The notes beneath the pieces are model-generated. The model did no database searches, was not told the origin of the DNA, and saw nothing but the letters and a program-made list of their open reading frames with translations. From Histomonas meleagridis 2922-C6/04-290x (Eukaryota; Protista; Parabasalia), in the NCBI GenBank assembly GCA_020184695.1, contig JAANOX010000261.1, positions 62,001-126,000 of the forward strand: 64,000 bases of DNA, read 5' to 3'. Of this stretch, positions 42,015 through 53,838 are shown piece by piece. Every line of letters starts with the position of its first letter. The stretch's first letter is position 1. Position numbers and translations under genes: made by a program.

Positions 42015-42479
42015 TTATAAACGCTTGCTTTTGTTTCTTTTGTCTAGTTCATCTTCCAATTTTTGTTTTCGATTCATTTCATTTTTGATTATTTGTGTTT
42101 TCCCTTTAATTTCTTCTCTGGTTATTTTGATGTTTCTTTTTAGATCTCCTTTTGCTTCCTCAGTTGGCATTTGTACTTGATATGGAACTTTGATAATATA
42201 AGGTCTATATATTTCTTCGTTTTCTTTGGAATTAAACATATTAACAGAGAATATGTGGTTAATATTATCTATTGCACTGTCTATTGATGAGATATATATG
42301 TTATTTAGTTCAATTTGTTGAATGTGAGAGTTAATTTCAGACTCAATTTTTTTATATCTCTTTTCTTGATTTTTAAATAACTCCTCGAGTTCGCTTGTTT
42401 CGAGTTCATCAATTTCCTTTATGCTGGGTACAGAATTTTTTGGCAAGGGGATGGATTCTGCTGGTGGCCTGATCTTCAT
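42015..42479 (-). CDS. Hypothetical coiled-coil protein
   Basis: About 154-aa ORF rich in E/K heptads; 5' end uncertain. Confidence 0.5.
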   Translation of the reverse strand: MKIRPPAESIPLPKNSVPSIKEIDELETSELEELFKNQEKRYKKIESEINSHIQQIELNNIYISSIDSAIDNINHIFSVNMFNSKENEEIYRPYIIKVPYQVQMPTEEAKGDLKRNIKITREEIKGKTQIIKNEMNRKQKLEDELDKRNKSKRL

Positions 42480-42859
42480 ACAACAATTCACCTCACATTT
42501 CTTGAGTATTCCATTTCTCAGGATTTATGTTCTTAAAAATAACATTCATTTATAAGAAAATAGAACATCATTTAAAAGCCCATATGAAATAATGAATAAA
42601 TTTCATTAAAATTATATCTTTATGTAAATCAAAAATCAATCAACAAACTTCTCCAAAAATGCTTTTATATTGAAACACTCTTGATTTTTTTTTTATCAAA
42701 ATGCTTGTAACTGAATAAGGGTTATCGATCTGTGCTATTTGCAAACCAAAGAAACGTTTATTGGTGAAGTAAACAGTAAATTAGATTCTGTTAAAAACGA
42801 TTAAAATGTGCTGAATTTATATGCGGTTTTTATTGTGCACGAACGATAAAACATTTCAC

Positions 42860-43706
42860 ATGTTCACATTATTTATTTTTATTCTGACCTTATCTCTTTT
42901 GGATGCATTCAAATGGAGGCATTCAGTCCGCTCATATACTAATGATTTCTCTAGAGATCAAGACGATCTTTTCGTTCAATTGTCAAAAAAGCAAATGAAT
43001 TGGAAACTCCTTTTCATACGAATGGAACCGTTGTTATTACAAATCGCAAAATAAATTATTATGGATATGTTATAAATAATATCGGGTGTATGTTAGCTCT
43101 GGTTCCAAAAAATCTTTCTCCTAAACTCCAATATAAATATATGGTTGATGGGTATCTTTTAAAGCGCAAATCGCAGTTATGCAATTATCTCGTAATAAAA
43201 TAGGAACAGTATGGTTAGGAGGAACTTTTGATCGTCAACAAGCAGGAACAGATTTCCCAGATATGGATATTGTATGTTGTATTCCATATGGAAATGAAAG
43301 TCCAAATTTAACGCCCATAGCTAGAAATCTTATGAGAGCAGTTCGATCAGACACACGAAAACCAATAGAACAACTATTTTATAATGTTCAAGCAAGAAAA
43401 AGTTATACAGAAGAAACATCAGGTGAACTACTTCCAATGTTTATGGCAATAAGGTCTGGTCCAACTGCAATTAATCAGCAAGGATGGAGTTTTGCTGTTG
43501 ATGGCAAAGAAATGCATGTTTATTATGATAATAACATGAATTACATTGAGCCAGATACAGGAATTGCACTTGGAAACATTGCTTTATTGTTAAAAGAAAG
43601 CAACATCAAACCTCACTTCTTTGTCAAAGAAACTCCACCACCTTCTTATTTAGGCGGAGCATATGTTTGTACCTGTATACTTGTAAATGAAACTAACATA
43701 AATTAA
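42860..43706 (+). CDS. Nitroreductase-family protein split by two one-base frameshifts
   Basis: LLDAFKWRHSVRSY, IGTVWLGGTF, RSGPTAINQQGW, DTGIALGN; frames join at A6 (42985-42990) and T4/A3 (43157-43163). Confidence 0.75.
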
Positions 43707-44024
43707 TTAATAAAAATTGAAATTATTATTGTGTATACATATTAAAACAGGTTCAATGATATCATTTGCATTTTAAAAAATGTTTAATAGCTATTTGGAC
43801 AGTGCGAATCTTTTTTCTAATATATTTAAATTTCACATACAATTATTGATTGCTTTATCAAAAAAAATTATGGAATGTATCAAAAATAAAATCATATTTT
43901 GTCCTGAAGATTCGCGAACGTAATTATCCATTCACGTATTATTTTCATATAAGTCAAACATTTATAAAATCTTTCATTTGAGTCATTCAAAAAAACGAAT
44001 TATATTTTCATGTATGTCAATGAT

Positions 44025-45896
44025 TTAGTTATTCCTCGAACCCAATTGTTCATAACCACTTTGACCTGCCTTACGTTTCCTAATCACTACAACAACCACT
44101 GTTATAACAATAGCGATTGCCACGACAACAACGACTGTAATGATGATAATCATTTTCGTTTTATCATTATTATTTTCGTCGGATTTTGTCCAACCACTTT
44201 CACACTTCTCAACAGCTGGTTTTTGTCCATCGAAACCCAACAAACAGCTTTTAGATGCTTCACACCAACCACACTCACTTACTTTCACACACTCACTTCT
44301 AGAAGTATAAACACCACATCTACTAAAAGATGTATGGAATTTTTGCCATGAGAAATTCCATACTTTAGGTAAGCCATCATATTTCATATTACTCCATTCG
44401 CCGACGCCGAATTCCCAGACAGGATTATCTTCATATTGCGGTGATCCAATTGCATCAAATTCCAAGTTATTTAACATCGTTAATGCTGTCGTTGTCTTCG
44501 TGTCTAAGCCTCCATATGCACTTCTTTTACCATATTTACAATCGTCTGGCCTTAAATCATATCGCGCAAGGATTTGTTGCGCTGGATCATTATGACCATA
44601 TTCATCTGTCTTATACTTGTTGTATCGCAATACTTTCTTAAAGTCTTCGTAATTTTGGATTTTCTTTGCTTCACGTTTGAAGATTAAATATCGTGAACAA
44701 TTATAATACGAATATTGGTCCCAGGTTTCGTTGTGGGCTTTCATTTGCTCCGGATAGCCCGCGATATTAAATATCTCTTCGAAATATGGTGTGTTGAATG
44801 ATGGCCAATAACCTTGTTCAACAAATAATTCGGTCATATCCCTTTTAATCGCAATTCCTGGCATTGTCTCAGTAACCCAGATTAAGTCTTTGGTTGGTTT
44901 TTCGCCTGGTTTAAATTTCTTGGAATCAACAATGACATATTGATTATTATATGTGCCAGAATTGTGTAATAAGAAATCAGTGGCCCATTCAGAGGCAGAA
45001 TCTGTGGTCCACGCGGCATGTAAATTACGGAGCCATGTTAAGATTGTATCGACTTTGATCTCTTGGAATAATGTCTTGTTGCTATTGCCATTGGTGGTCT
45101 CAAAGATCATTAGACCGCGATCTGTAAGCCAAAAGTCTTCACTACTTGGAAGTGCACCCATTTTTGTAGATACTACAACACGATTAGCAATAAATTCTTT
45201 GACATTAAAATGATACTCTTTGATAAAATTGGTCATCTTACGAAAATCTGCCCATGAGCTATGACCAAAATAGATATCTGAATAATCAGGTGGCATTGAA
45301 ACAAGTCCTGAACATTCCATATAACGTAATTCATTATGTTGGGCTGTGGGTTCCCATAATTCTTCAAGATCATAAATATCACCACAACTATTAATAATCC
45401 ATAAATCTAACATATCCATTGATTGATTTTCTGGTGCTGTTGCATTATAGCCAGCTGCATACCCTTCAAATTGTTTGAGAATAAGACCCATAGAAATCCA
45501 ATAGGAATCATTAGGATTTGACTCAACGCTATTATATACATAATTTATGTTTTCACGTAGCCATGTAGTCCAGCTATTTGGAAATTCAGCTTCTCTCTCT
45601 ATTTTGTTGATATCTTTATAGAGCATAAAACGTTCATATATTCTTTTTTGAGTAAGATAACCATCTACAAAACCTGCGCAATACATTTGATCAGCACTGG
45701 AAGAATTTTTGTTGGTTTCAATTTTGATTTCATTGAATCCAATTTCTTCAATTGAATCATTCCAATATGCCCATGCAACACCTTTTTCATCGATTTTGCC
45801 AACCTCTATAGAGGCAACGCCATCTTTCATATAACATGTTGCTTCAACATGAGTTGTAGTTGCACTCAAGCAAGCAGCAATTAAGCAAGCCAACAT
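44025..45896 (-). CDS. Phospholipase B-like membrane protein
   Basis: Signal peptide, ECSGLV (N-terminal nucleophile site), HNSGTYNNQY, YWPSFNTPYF, Cys-rich juxtamembrane region, TM. Confidence 0.9.
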   Translation of the reverse strand: MLACLIAACLSATTTHVEATCYMKDGVASIEVGKIDEKGVAWAYWNDSIEEIGFNEIKIETNKNSSSADQMYCAGFVDGYLTQKRIYERFMLYKDINKIEREAEFPNSWTTWLRENINYVYNSVESNPNDSYWISMGLILKQFEGYAAGYNATAPENQSMDMLDLWIINSCGDIYDLEELWEPTAQHNELRYMECSGLVSMPPDYSDIYFGHSSWADFRKMTNFIKEYHFNVKEFIANRVVVSTKMGALPSSEDFWLTDRGLMIFETTNGNSNKTLFQEIKVDTILTWLRNLHAAWTTDSASEWATDFLLHNSGTYNNQYVIVDSKKFKPGEKPTKDLIWVTETMPGIAIKRDMTELFVEQGYWPSFNTPYFEEIFNIAGYPEQMKAHNETWDQYSYYNCSRYLIFKREAKKIQNYEDFKKVLRYNKYKTDEYGHNDPAQQILARYDLRPDDCKYGKRSAYGGLDTKTTTALTMLNNLEFDAIGSPQYEDNPVWEFGVGEWSNMKYDGLPKVWNFSWQKFHTSFSRCGVYTSRSECVKVSECGWCEASKSCLLGFDGQKPAVEKCESGWTKSDENNNDKTKMIIIITVVVVVAIAIVITVVVVVIRKRKAGQSGYEQLGSRNN

Positions 45897-46044
45897 TTTA
45901 AGCTCCTTTCAGTTCATCGTTTTCGTTTCAATTCAATTTTAAAACGGTTATAAAGAACGTTCCACGTTCAAATTAATCGGTTAACCGCCGGCGGTTTAAT
46001 ATCAAAAAGTGATATTGTCTGGTAATCCAGTATCACATACACAT

Positions 46045-46173
46045 CACTGTTCATGTGTTCTTGTAATAGTTAAACAACTTCTTATCTTTGGCGCAAACCA
46101 GAACGCGATGAACCAACTTGGAAAAATCGCGTTTGACATTATCTACAAGCCTGAGCGTTGCTGGGCACAGTGA
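46045..46173 (+). pseudogene. Uninterrupted ankyrin-like remnant, GC-richer
   Basis: IVKQLLIFGANQNAMNQLGKIAFD; hairpin codons are contiguous. Confidence 0.45.
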
Positions 46174-46386
46174 AATCGGAGCAGCAATGCTAACCGGTTA
46201 AGCCACGTATTGTAATAGTCGATTAGAACATGAATTCGTTGGCAGGATTGTTGGATACACTCTTTGTCGTTGGAAATGCGTGCAAAGAAAAGCTAAAGTG
46301 TCCAGTTACAAAGATGTAAAGATTTTTGTATAAAAGATTAAACTAGAATCTTTTATTCGAAAATAGTTATCCAATGATTTATGTAT

Positions 46387-47330
46387 TTATTTGATAAAAA
46401 TTTTGAACAAAAGAAACAAATTAGTGTTGTTTTGAATTAATTTATATGGGATTTGTTGACTTTCTATTATTAATGTATTTCCTTTTAATGCTATTTCTGC
46501 TATAATTTCATTGTTCATTTTCATTCCTTCTTTTTCTAAAAACATGAAGATTTCATAATTATTAAATTTGATACATTTTTTCCCAAGAAAAATCAATTTT
46601 TTTCACTTAAATTACATTTATCTTGATTTTCGATATTGGAATTCGATTTTTTAATTGAAAACATTGGGGATGAATTTTTCCGATTTTATTTTCATAAAGA
46701 TAACGAAAAATTTCATTTCGATGAAATCCTATCGCTGTTTCATATGCTTCTGTAAATGATGAATTGTTTTTTCACATAAATGAATAAGTTTCCACCTGCA
46801 ATTACATATTTAGATGTATTTTTGATAACCGAATTATTCAATAATAAGTATTTAAAACATTGAATTGAACCAAAAAATGCACAATAATCAATTAATGAAA
46901 AATTTTCAGTATTAACAAATGAACATCTTTCATAAAGTGATGGCTTAATTATTTGATTAAAGTCAAATCCATTATGTGATGATATTTCTTGAAGCTTTTC
47001 TAAATCATCATTTCGAAGTACTCCCTCAATTTCTAATGGATTAACTTCTTTTACATATTGCATATGATGCTTCCAATCATCTTTTGATAATTCATAAAGT
47101 GCTGGACATTTGCTTATTGATTCATTTATTTTTTTTTTTGTTTGAAATTGAGAAAATATGATTTGCTTAAACTGTTTATCGAAGATGGTTCAGGTGTTTA
47201 TTCTTCAATCATCTTTTCAAGAAGGAAATATGATTCTTGCTTTTTTATCCCAAGTAAATATTTACAAATTATTTGTACAAGATCAGTTTTGGTTTCACTT
47301 TTGCTTTTCACTTTAATGTAAATAAATATT
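46387..47330 (-). pseudogene. DUF3447-like ankyrin pseudogene without a C-terminal repeat array
   Basis: LIDYCAFFGSIQCFKYLL, YVIAGGN and KCIKFNNYEIF homologous to 6862-8001 and 39732-40679; several frameshifts and stops. Confidence 0.8.
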
Positions 47331-47844
47331 TAATATATATAATTTCATTATTTGGTTGAGATACAAAAGCTGAGTATATAAGGCTAGAAACAACATAGTT
47401 AAATGTATATGACAGCCTATCTACGAATTAGTTAATTGATGTTTGAATTGATGCTTCTAAAGTTTGTTAAAACTACAAGAGAAAATGTTTAGCAAATTAA
47501 TACAATGAAATTTGGTTAAATAAATCGTGTTTCAGAATTTAAATTCAAAAATAAAAAAATTATATATGATAATTTCACTTTTTAAATGCAATGCGAAATA
47601 GTTTTTCTATAAGAAAAAAATGAGGTTTATGATTTTTCAATTTATCCAAATTCTTTGATATATATCAAAATTGAAAATATATATTTTTACTCAGTTATGT
47701 CCCCTAAATCATAAAATCTATGTTTTATAAAGCAATACTTCAAATGCGCATTTTGACAAAGGAAACAGTCTTAATCGGCTTTGATGAAATTTTCTGACAC
47801 CGTCACTTTTTGACACTTTGGCATTTTTTGGAATTCCATCCTGG

Positions 47845-49365
47845 ATGCAGAAGAAAGATTTACCTCTGCTTCTTGGGATTGACTTAGGAACATCATGTAG
47901 TAGTGTTGCTGCATACCGAAATGGTCGAGCTGAAATAGTTCCCAATAATCAAGGAAAAAATTCAACGTATTCATATGTATCTTTTCAAGATGATGGAATA
48001 GTTGTTGGCGATGAAGCAAAAGAATCAGCAGTTTTTTACCCCACAACAACTATTTTCGATTCTAAACGCATGATTGGTCGAAGATTTAATGATAAAATTA
48101 TACAAAAATACAAGGAATTATGGCCGTTTAAAGTTATTAATGAAGCTGGCTTGTTAAAGATAGAAATTAAGATCAATGATGAAATCAAATATTATACGCC
48201 AACAAATGTTTCTTCACATATTTTAAAGGACATGGGAGCCATCGCTATTGATTATTTTGGTCAAGAAATTGATGGTGTTGTTATCACAGTACCGGCAGAT
48301 TTTAATCATAATCAACGTGAAGAAACTCGCTTAGCAGCCAAAGAAGCCGGATTAAATGTTCTTCGCATTGTAGATGAACCAACAGCTGCCGCCATTGCAT
48401 ATAGTGCTCAAAACTTACTTGGCACAAAATGTAAAATTATCGTATTTGATTTTGGTGGAGGTACACTTGATGTATCACTTGTAGAAATTAACGACAAAGA
48501 TTTACGTGTTGTTGCCACATGTGGTGATCAACATTTAGGTGGACATGATATTGATAATAATTTATTTAATTACTTTGCTGATATTTTCAAAGACAAAACT
48601 GGTTATGACATACGTACAGATAATCGTGCTTTTCATGTTTTGCTTCAAAAATGTGAGAATGTTAAAATCACACTCACAAATACTAATAGCGCAAAAATAT
48701 CTTGTCCATGTTTATATAAAGGACATGATTTTGTCGAAAATATTAGCATTGCTACGTTCAATAAGTTAAATGAAAATCTTTTCCAACGCATATTAAATCC
48801 TGTCATAAATATCCTTCAGACGAAAAAATTATCTAAAAGCGATGTTGATTATCTACTTGTTGGAGGCTCATCGCGTATTCCACGGGTCAGAGAAATATTG
48901 GAGAAATTTTTTGGTAAAAAGCCGAAAGGCGGAATTGACTGTGAAACGGCGGTTGTTCAGGGTGCCTCAATTATTGCAGCTAATTCAATATATAATATCT
49001 TTAATTTTAACACAATTATATCACATAATATTGGAGTTGGTTTATATGATAATACAATGGATGTGTTAATCAAAAAAAATACTGATTTACCTTATGAGGC
49101 TAAAGCGATTTATACCACAACATCAAAAAAACAAACAGAAGTTCGCATTTCGATATATTCCGGTGATGACAAAAATAATATTGATAATGATACTCTCTTA
49201 GGAGAGTTTGTCTTAGAGGGAATAATACCGGAAGAAACATCAGGCGTGTCGCCACAAATCCATGTTTACTTTAATGTGGATAGAGACGGCATATTAAATG
49301 TGACGGCAAGAGACATGTCAACATGTGTATTAAATTATTTGGAAATTACTGTTGAAAGAAAATAA
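47845..49365 (+). CDS. Divergent Hsp70/DnaK-family protein lacking the C-terminal lid
   Basis: GIDLGT, DEPTAAAIAY, DFGGGTLDVS, LLVGGSSRIP; ends just after the substrate-binding beta domain. Confidence 0.88.
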   Translation: MQKKDLPLLLGIDLGTSCSSVAAYRNGRAEIVPNNQGKNSTYSYVSFQDDGIVVGDEAKESAVFYPTTTIFDSKRMIGRRFNDKIIQKYKELWPFKVINEAGLLKIEIKINDEIKYYTPTNVSSHILKDMGAIAIDYFGQEIDGVVITVPADFNHNQREETRLAAKEAGLNVLRIVDEPTAAAIAYSAQNLLGTKCKIIVFDFGGGTLDVSLVEINDKDLRVVATCGDQHLGGHDIDNNLFNYFADIFKDKTGYDIRTDNRAFHVLLQKCENVKITLTNTNSAKISCPCLYKGHDFVENISIATFNKLNENLFQRILNPVINILQTKKLSKSDVDYLLVGGSSRIPRVREILEKFFGKKPKGGIDCETAVVQGASIIAANSIYNIFNFNTIISHNIGVGLYDNTMDVLIKKNTDLPYEAKAIYTTTSKKQTEVRISIYSGDDKNNIDNDTLLGEFVLEGIIPEETSGVSPQIHVYFNVDRDGILNVTARDMSTCVLNYLEITVERK

Positions 49366-50335
49366 AAGTAAAATGTTTTAGATAACGTAATTTTACTTTT
49401 TGGTTTTGAAAATATAAAAATTATTATTTTAATCATCAAAATATTGATACAATATTACAGTCAGTCGAACACCCATATGACATAACACAATACCTTTGAA
49501 GTTGATGGGCACCACAGGAATGGAAACAGATAAATACAACAGAATAATCGATTATATAATGAGTCGATCCTAATCGAATCCGAAATAGTAATATTTCATC
49601 AAAATGTATATAAGTATATTTGTTTTATGTTAATGGAGATGATGAATGAAGCTGTAAATTAGATAATTGTTTTTGATATTTAATCCTCTTAAACAACTTA
49701 TCAAATAATTTGCAACAAGTTTATTCTGTAATGAATCTTGATTAATTAAAGCTCGAAAAGTGACAAGTATTCAATTTTCACTTTTGACATAGTAACCGCC
49801 AGCTGAAGGATGAAAGCGATTTCTATTCAAAGGTATTCAATGAAACTTTTTGTTAACAATTCAGAGTTAAGTAAAGTATCCGAAATTGAGGAGATAACCG
49901 CCGGACCAATTTTAATATCAAAAAGTGGTATTGCATGGTATTTGATCGTTTGTGCAAGAACTTCTGATTCGGTACAAATCATTTGATTAATTCATCTAGG
50001 ATTTATGTAAGTTATGAAGAAATTCCTTTTGGAGGTATTTTAACCTTTGAATTTTAGCATCTCCTTAAAAAAGATATACCAAATATTAAGATTTTTTTTT
50101 ACTTAGAACTCATATGTAATGAATAAGTTTTAATACGAATATTCTTTAAAGCCTTTTGTATGTCAAATTCTAATCGATTTCTTTTTGTGTTTTGTTATAA
50201 TGATGATGAAGATAGATCAATACGATTAATTTGCAAATTTAAATATCTAAATATTTAACTTGCAAGCAAAAACAGCACACTTTTTGACAACATATGTTCA
50301 AGATATAGAAGGTGATTAATAGATTATATTAAAAA

Positions 50336-50722
50336 TTATGAATTATTATTCAATGAACTTCTTTGCTTTAAAAGTTGAGACCTTATTTCATTTAGTTGTT
50401 GAAGTTCCTTTTCTAATTGGATAATATATTCAATGATTTCTTGCTCGTCAGATTGTTTATCATAGTCATTTTTTGGTGCCTCTCCTTCAATTTCATTATT
50501 ACAAAGTTGAGATAGATGATAGAGAATCTTTTGGTCATCCTCTATATTTTGTGATAAAACAATTTTTTTATGTTTTAATTTATCAATTTGCGTACACAGA
50601 ACCATTTGAGACTCATATGATTCTTCTAGTTCTCTAGCACCACGCAATAGTTTTTTTCGCATGGTGTCTAGCTGCTCGCTCATCTTTCTTTGCAAATCTG
50701 CAAGCCGTTTACTAATTTTCAT
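50336..50722 (-). CDS. Hypothetical coiled-coil protein
   Basis: 128-aa ATG-initiated ORF with heptad pattern. Confidence 0.65.
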   Translation of the reverse strand: MKISKRLADLQRKMSEQLDTMRKKLLRGARELEESYESQMVLCTQIDKLKHKKIVLSQNIEDDQKILYHLSQLCNNEIEGEAPKNDYDKQSDEQEIIEYIIQLEKELQQLNEIRSQLLKQRSSLNNNS

Positions 50723-50955
50723 GTACGTTAATTAACCGTTATGAAAAATGTACATTTGAATCGAATTATTAATAATTAGAGATTACGCTTTCTACACTTC
50801 ATCATTAGAAAATATCATAATTCCGTCTTCGGTTACTTCAATCACAAATTTCTCTTTTCAAATACATGCTAAGCTTCCAGTTTAAATGAATATACTAGTC
50901 AACTAGTATATTGATAAAAATGCAAAGTTAAAAAATTAATTAAAAATATTTTTAT

Positions 50956-52522
50956 TTATATATCAAGAACTGAAAATCTTTCTGTCGTATTATTGTCATT
51001 CGTTTCAACACTTATCGCGTCTTCTTCATTTTTAGTTTTGTTTCGTTGATGATTAAGAAATATAACAACAATTATTATAATTAGAATAATAACTATTATT
51101 ACACAAACAATAATGATAATAATAACAGTATTCGTTTGTTTATCATCATTATCATTTCCTTCATTTTGTTTGAAAATAGTAAAGAAATTTGAATAATAAC
51201 TGAAATATGTCGAATATTGAATAATCGTATAATTATAATATAAATATTCTGTGATGAAATATGTAACAGATGAAGATAACATTGAAATGATATATGTATT
51301 TGATAAAAATGAATAATTTGAAATTGTCTCTATAAATAATATCGTATATTTTAATGTTAATGAATATGAATATGTTGTGAAATATTCAAATGAATTCTCT
51401 ATTATAAATGAATTAGATTTACTAAATGTATTTGATTGTGTATATGTATTTGATTTAGTAAATGTATTTGATTTTGTATATGCATTTGATTGTGAATATG
51501 TATTTGATTTAGAAAATGTATTTGATTGTGTAAATGAATTTGATTCAGTGAATGTATATGTCGGAAAGCACTCTGGAACTGTTTCATATGTCACACCAAA
51601 TATGCCAAATGTTTTATTTTGATATGTGCTTAATACCATGACTTCAATTTCAACTGTAACAGAACTAAAAGCGTTTGCATCAATTATAGGTCATTTTCAC
51701 CATAAAAGTAAACACATGTGAGGCTATTGCAAGAATAAAATACTATCCATTCAATTTTATTTACATTTTTCCCAATGGAAACAGTTGTTAAACTACTACA
51801 CAATGAAAATAAACCCTTTGGGATTGTTGTGACTTTGTATGAAATTGAAAATGCTTTAAATTTTTCACAATAACAAAATGCATAATCTCCAAAACTTTCA
51901 ATGTTATCACAATTCGTAATCTCTTCTAAATTAGAAGCAATATAAAATGAATCTTCTCGAATACAAGTAACTGTTGATGGGACTTCATATGTATTTCCTT
52001 CTTTTGCTGCTGGATAATAGTAAATAGTTTTAACATTTTTATCATAAAGAACACCATCATCATTTAAATTACAAAAATACGGATTCTTTTCAGACACTTT
52101 ATAAAACTTAACACTAGTGCATATTATAAAAACAGCATAACCAAACGAACTCACTGATGCTGGGAAAGTGATGTTCTGTAATTGACCGCACTGCTCAAAT
52201 GCACGATCTCCAAATGATTGAACACTTTCTCCAATGATAACTGATTCTAAATTTATACATTTAAAAAATACATAAGTTTCAATCGATGTTACAGAATCAC
52301 CAATTATAACTGAAAGTAAAGAAGTCCATTGGTAAAAAGCATAACTTGATATTGTTGTAACACCACTTTCAATTATAAGATGTAACGTTGTATCTTTGTA
52401 ATTAGATCTTTCATCAAATTCACTTGAACTAGTGATGGTAAGTGTTGATGTTTCTGTAGAAAATGTTTCACTTGTATGAATGAAAAAAATAATGAAAATG
52501 GAGGTAGAAATTTGTTTTACAT
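50956..52522 (-). pseudogene. BspA-like pseudogene, copy 3
   Basis: ATG (52522) is followed immediately by TAA; frameshifts near 52480 and 51685; 63-nt in-frame deletion of the DPF tail. Confidence 0.88.
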
Positions 52523-53838
52523 TGTTTTAATTATTTCGTTAAATAAATTTAACGAAATGTGTTTCATTGTGTTGAAAAATAATTTATCTACAAAAAAAGT
52601 GAAGAAAATTATTATAAAATGATATAACAAAAAATTATTCATAAATGACATACAAGAGTTTTGTTGGTATGTAGTTGGAAACCATAATACTTTTTTGGTA
52701 TTAATAAGAATTGAAGATATTGATGAAAATAGTTTATCATTTGAAGCATTTTTTGGATGGGGAATGGAGTTTATAAGTGACAAATCACTCACATCTATAA
52801 TACTGAACGAGCGAAAGTCAAGAAGCATGCTTCAACAAACGATTTGGGTTCAATCAGATATTCCCCATGAAGATCTGATTAAATTAAATGAAATTATTCT
52901 AATTTCTCATTTGTTTAGAGAATTTATTTGGTAGCTATTGGTTTGAGCTGATAAAAGTTGCATCAGATAGAGATACCCCAATTGCAATCGCAGAAAACAA
53001 ACCGACAGCCCCTTTTTTCTTGTGTGGCCTACTTTTTCTTGTGTGAGTAGTTAAGGTCTACGAGTTATGGACATTTTCTCAGTAAAAAATAGTGATTGCC
53101 CTCACTGTATTTTGCTAAAAAAAACCAAATTATAGTTTTAATGGATTTTCCTTACGTAAGGTTTTTTATTTGCGTATCGGGGAAAATAGTTCTGCTAACC
53201 GGTAAAAATGATTCTGTATTTGATTATATTGATATAAATAATCCATTGAGAAAAATAGAAAGCATCACATTTTCCATTCATAATAATTTATTGTAAAAAA
53301 TCATTTGTTCAAATAAGCGAATAATTGAATAATTGGTTATTTATATGGAATATTTTTATAGGATATTATCATATGATAATATTTATTATATTTTTTTATT
53401 TCGATTTCATTTGGTATCCTCCATAAATTTTGATACAATTTTAATTACTCTTGTTATATTTATAAAAATTATCGCAATTCATTATTATTTGTAAGATGTT
53501 AATGATCTTATGTGTTTCTTAGATTTTATATCACATTTATTAAAGACAATTTTAGAAAGAAATTATGGAGTCATTAGTACAATATTAAATTCATAAATTC
53601 TGAATATGGAAAAATAAAACAAATTTTTTTCGGTATCAATACAATATGTTATTAAATAATAAAAATTTATGATAAGATATTTATAAGTGCAGTTCGTATT
53701 TAGACATCATAACTTTCTTTCCTCCTTATTTCGTTATTGATTTAATAGTTAATTCAAACATTTTTTTCAAAAAATATTATTTTTATAAAATCTTACAAAC
53801 AAATATTTATTCAAAATTTGTAATAACAATATTTTTTC

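Noticed and set aside
42985-43163. 17-nt units as the cause of the nitroreductase frameshifts
   Set aside because: The frame arithmetic would allow it, but no unit-like consensus is present and single-base homopolymer loss restores sensible sequence
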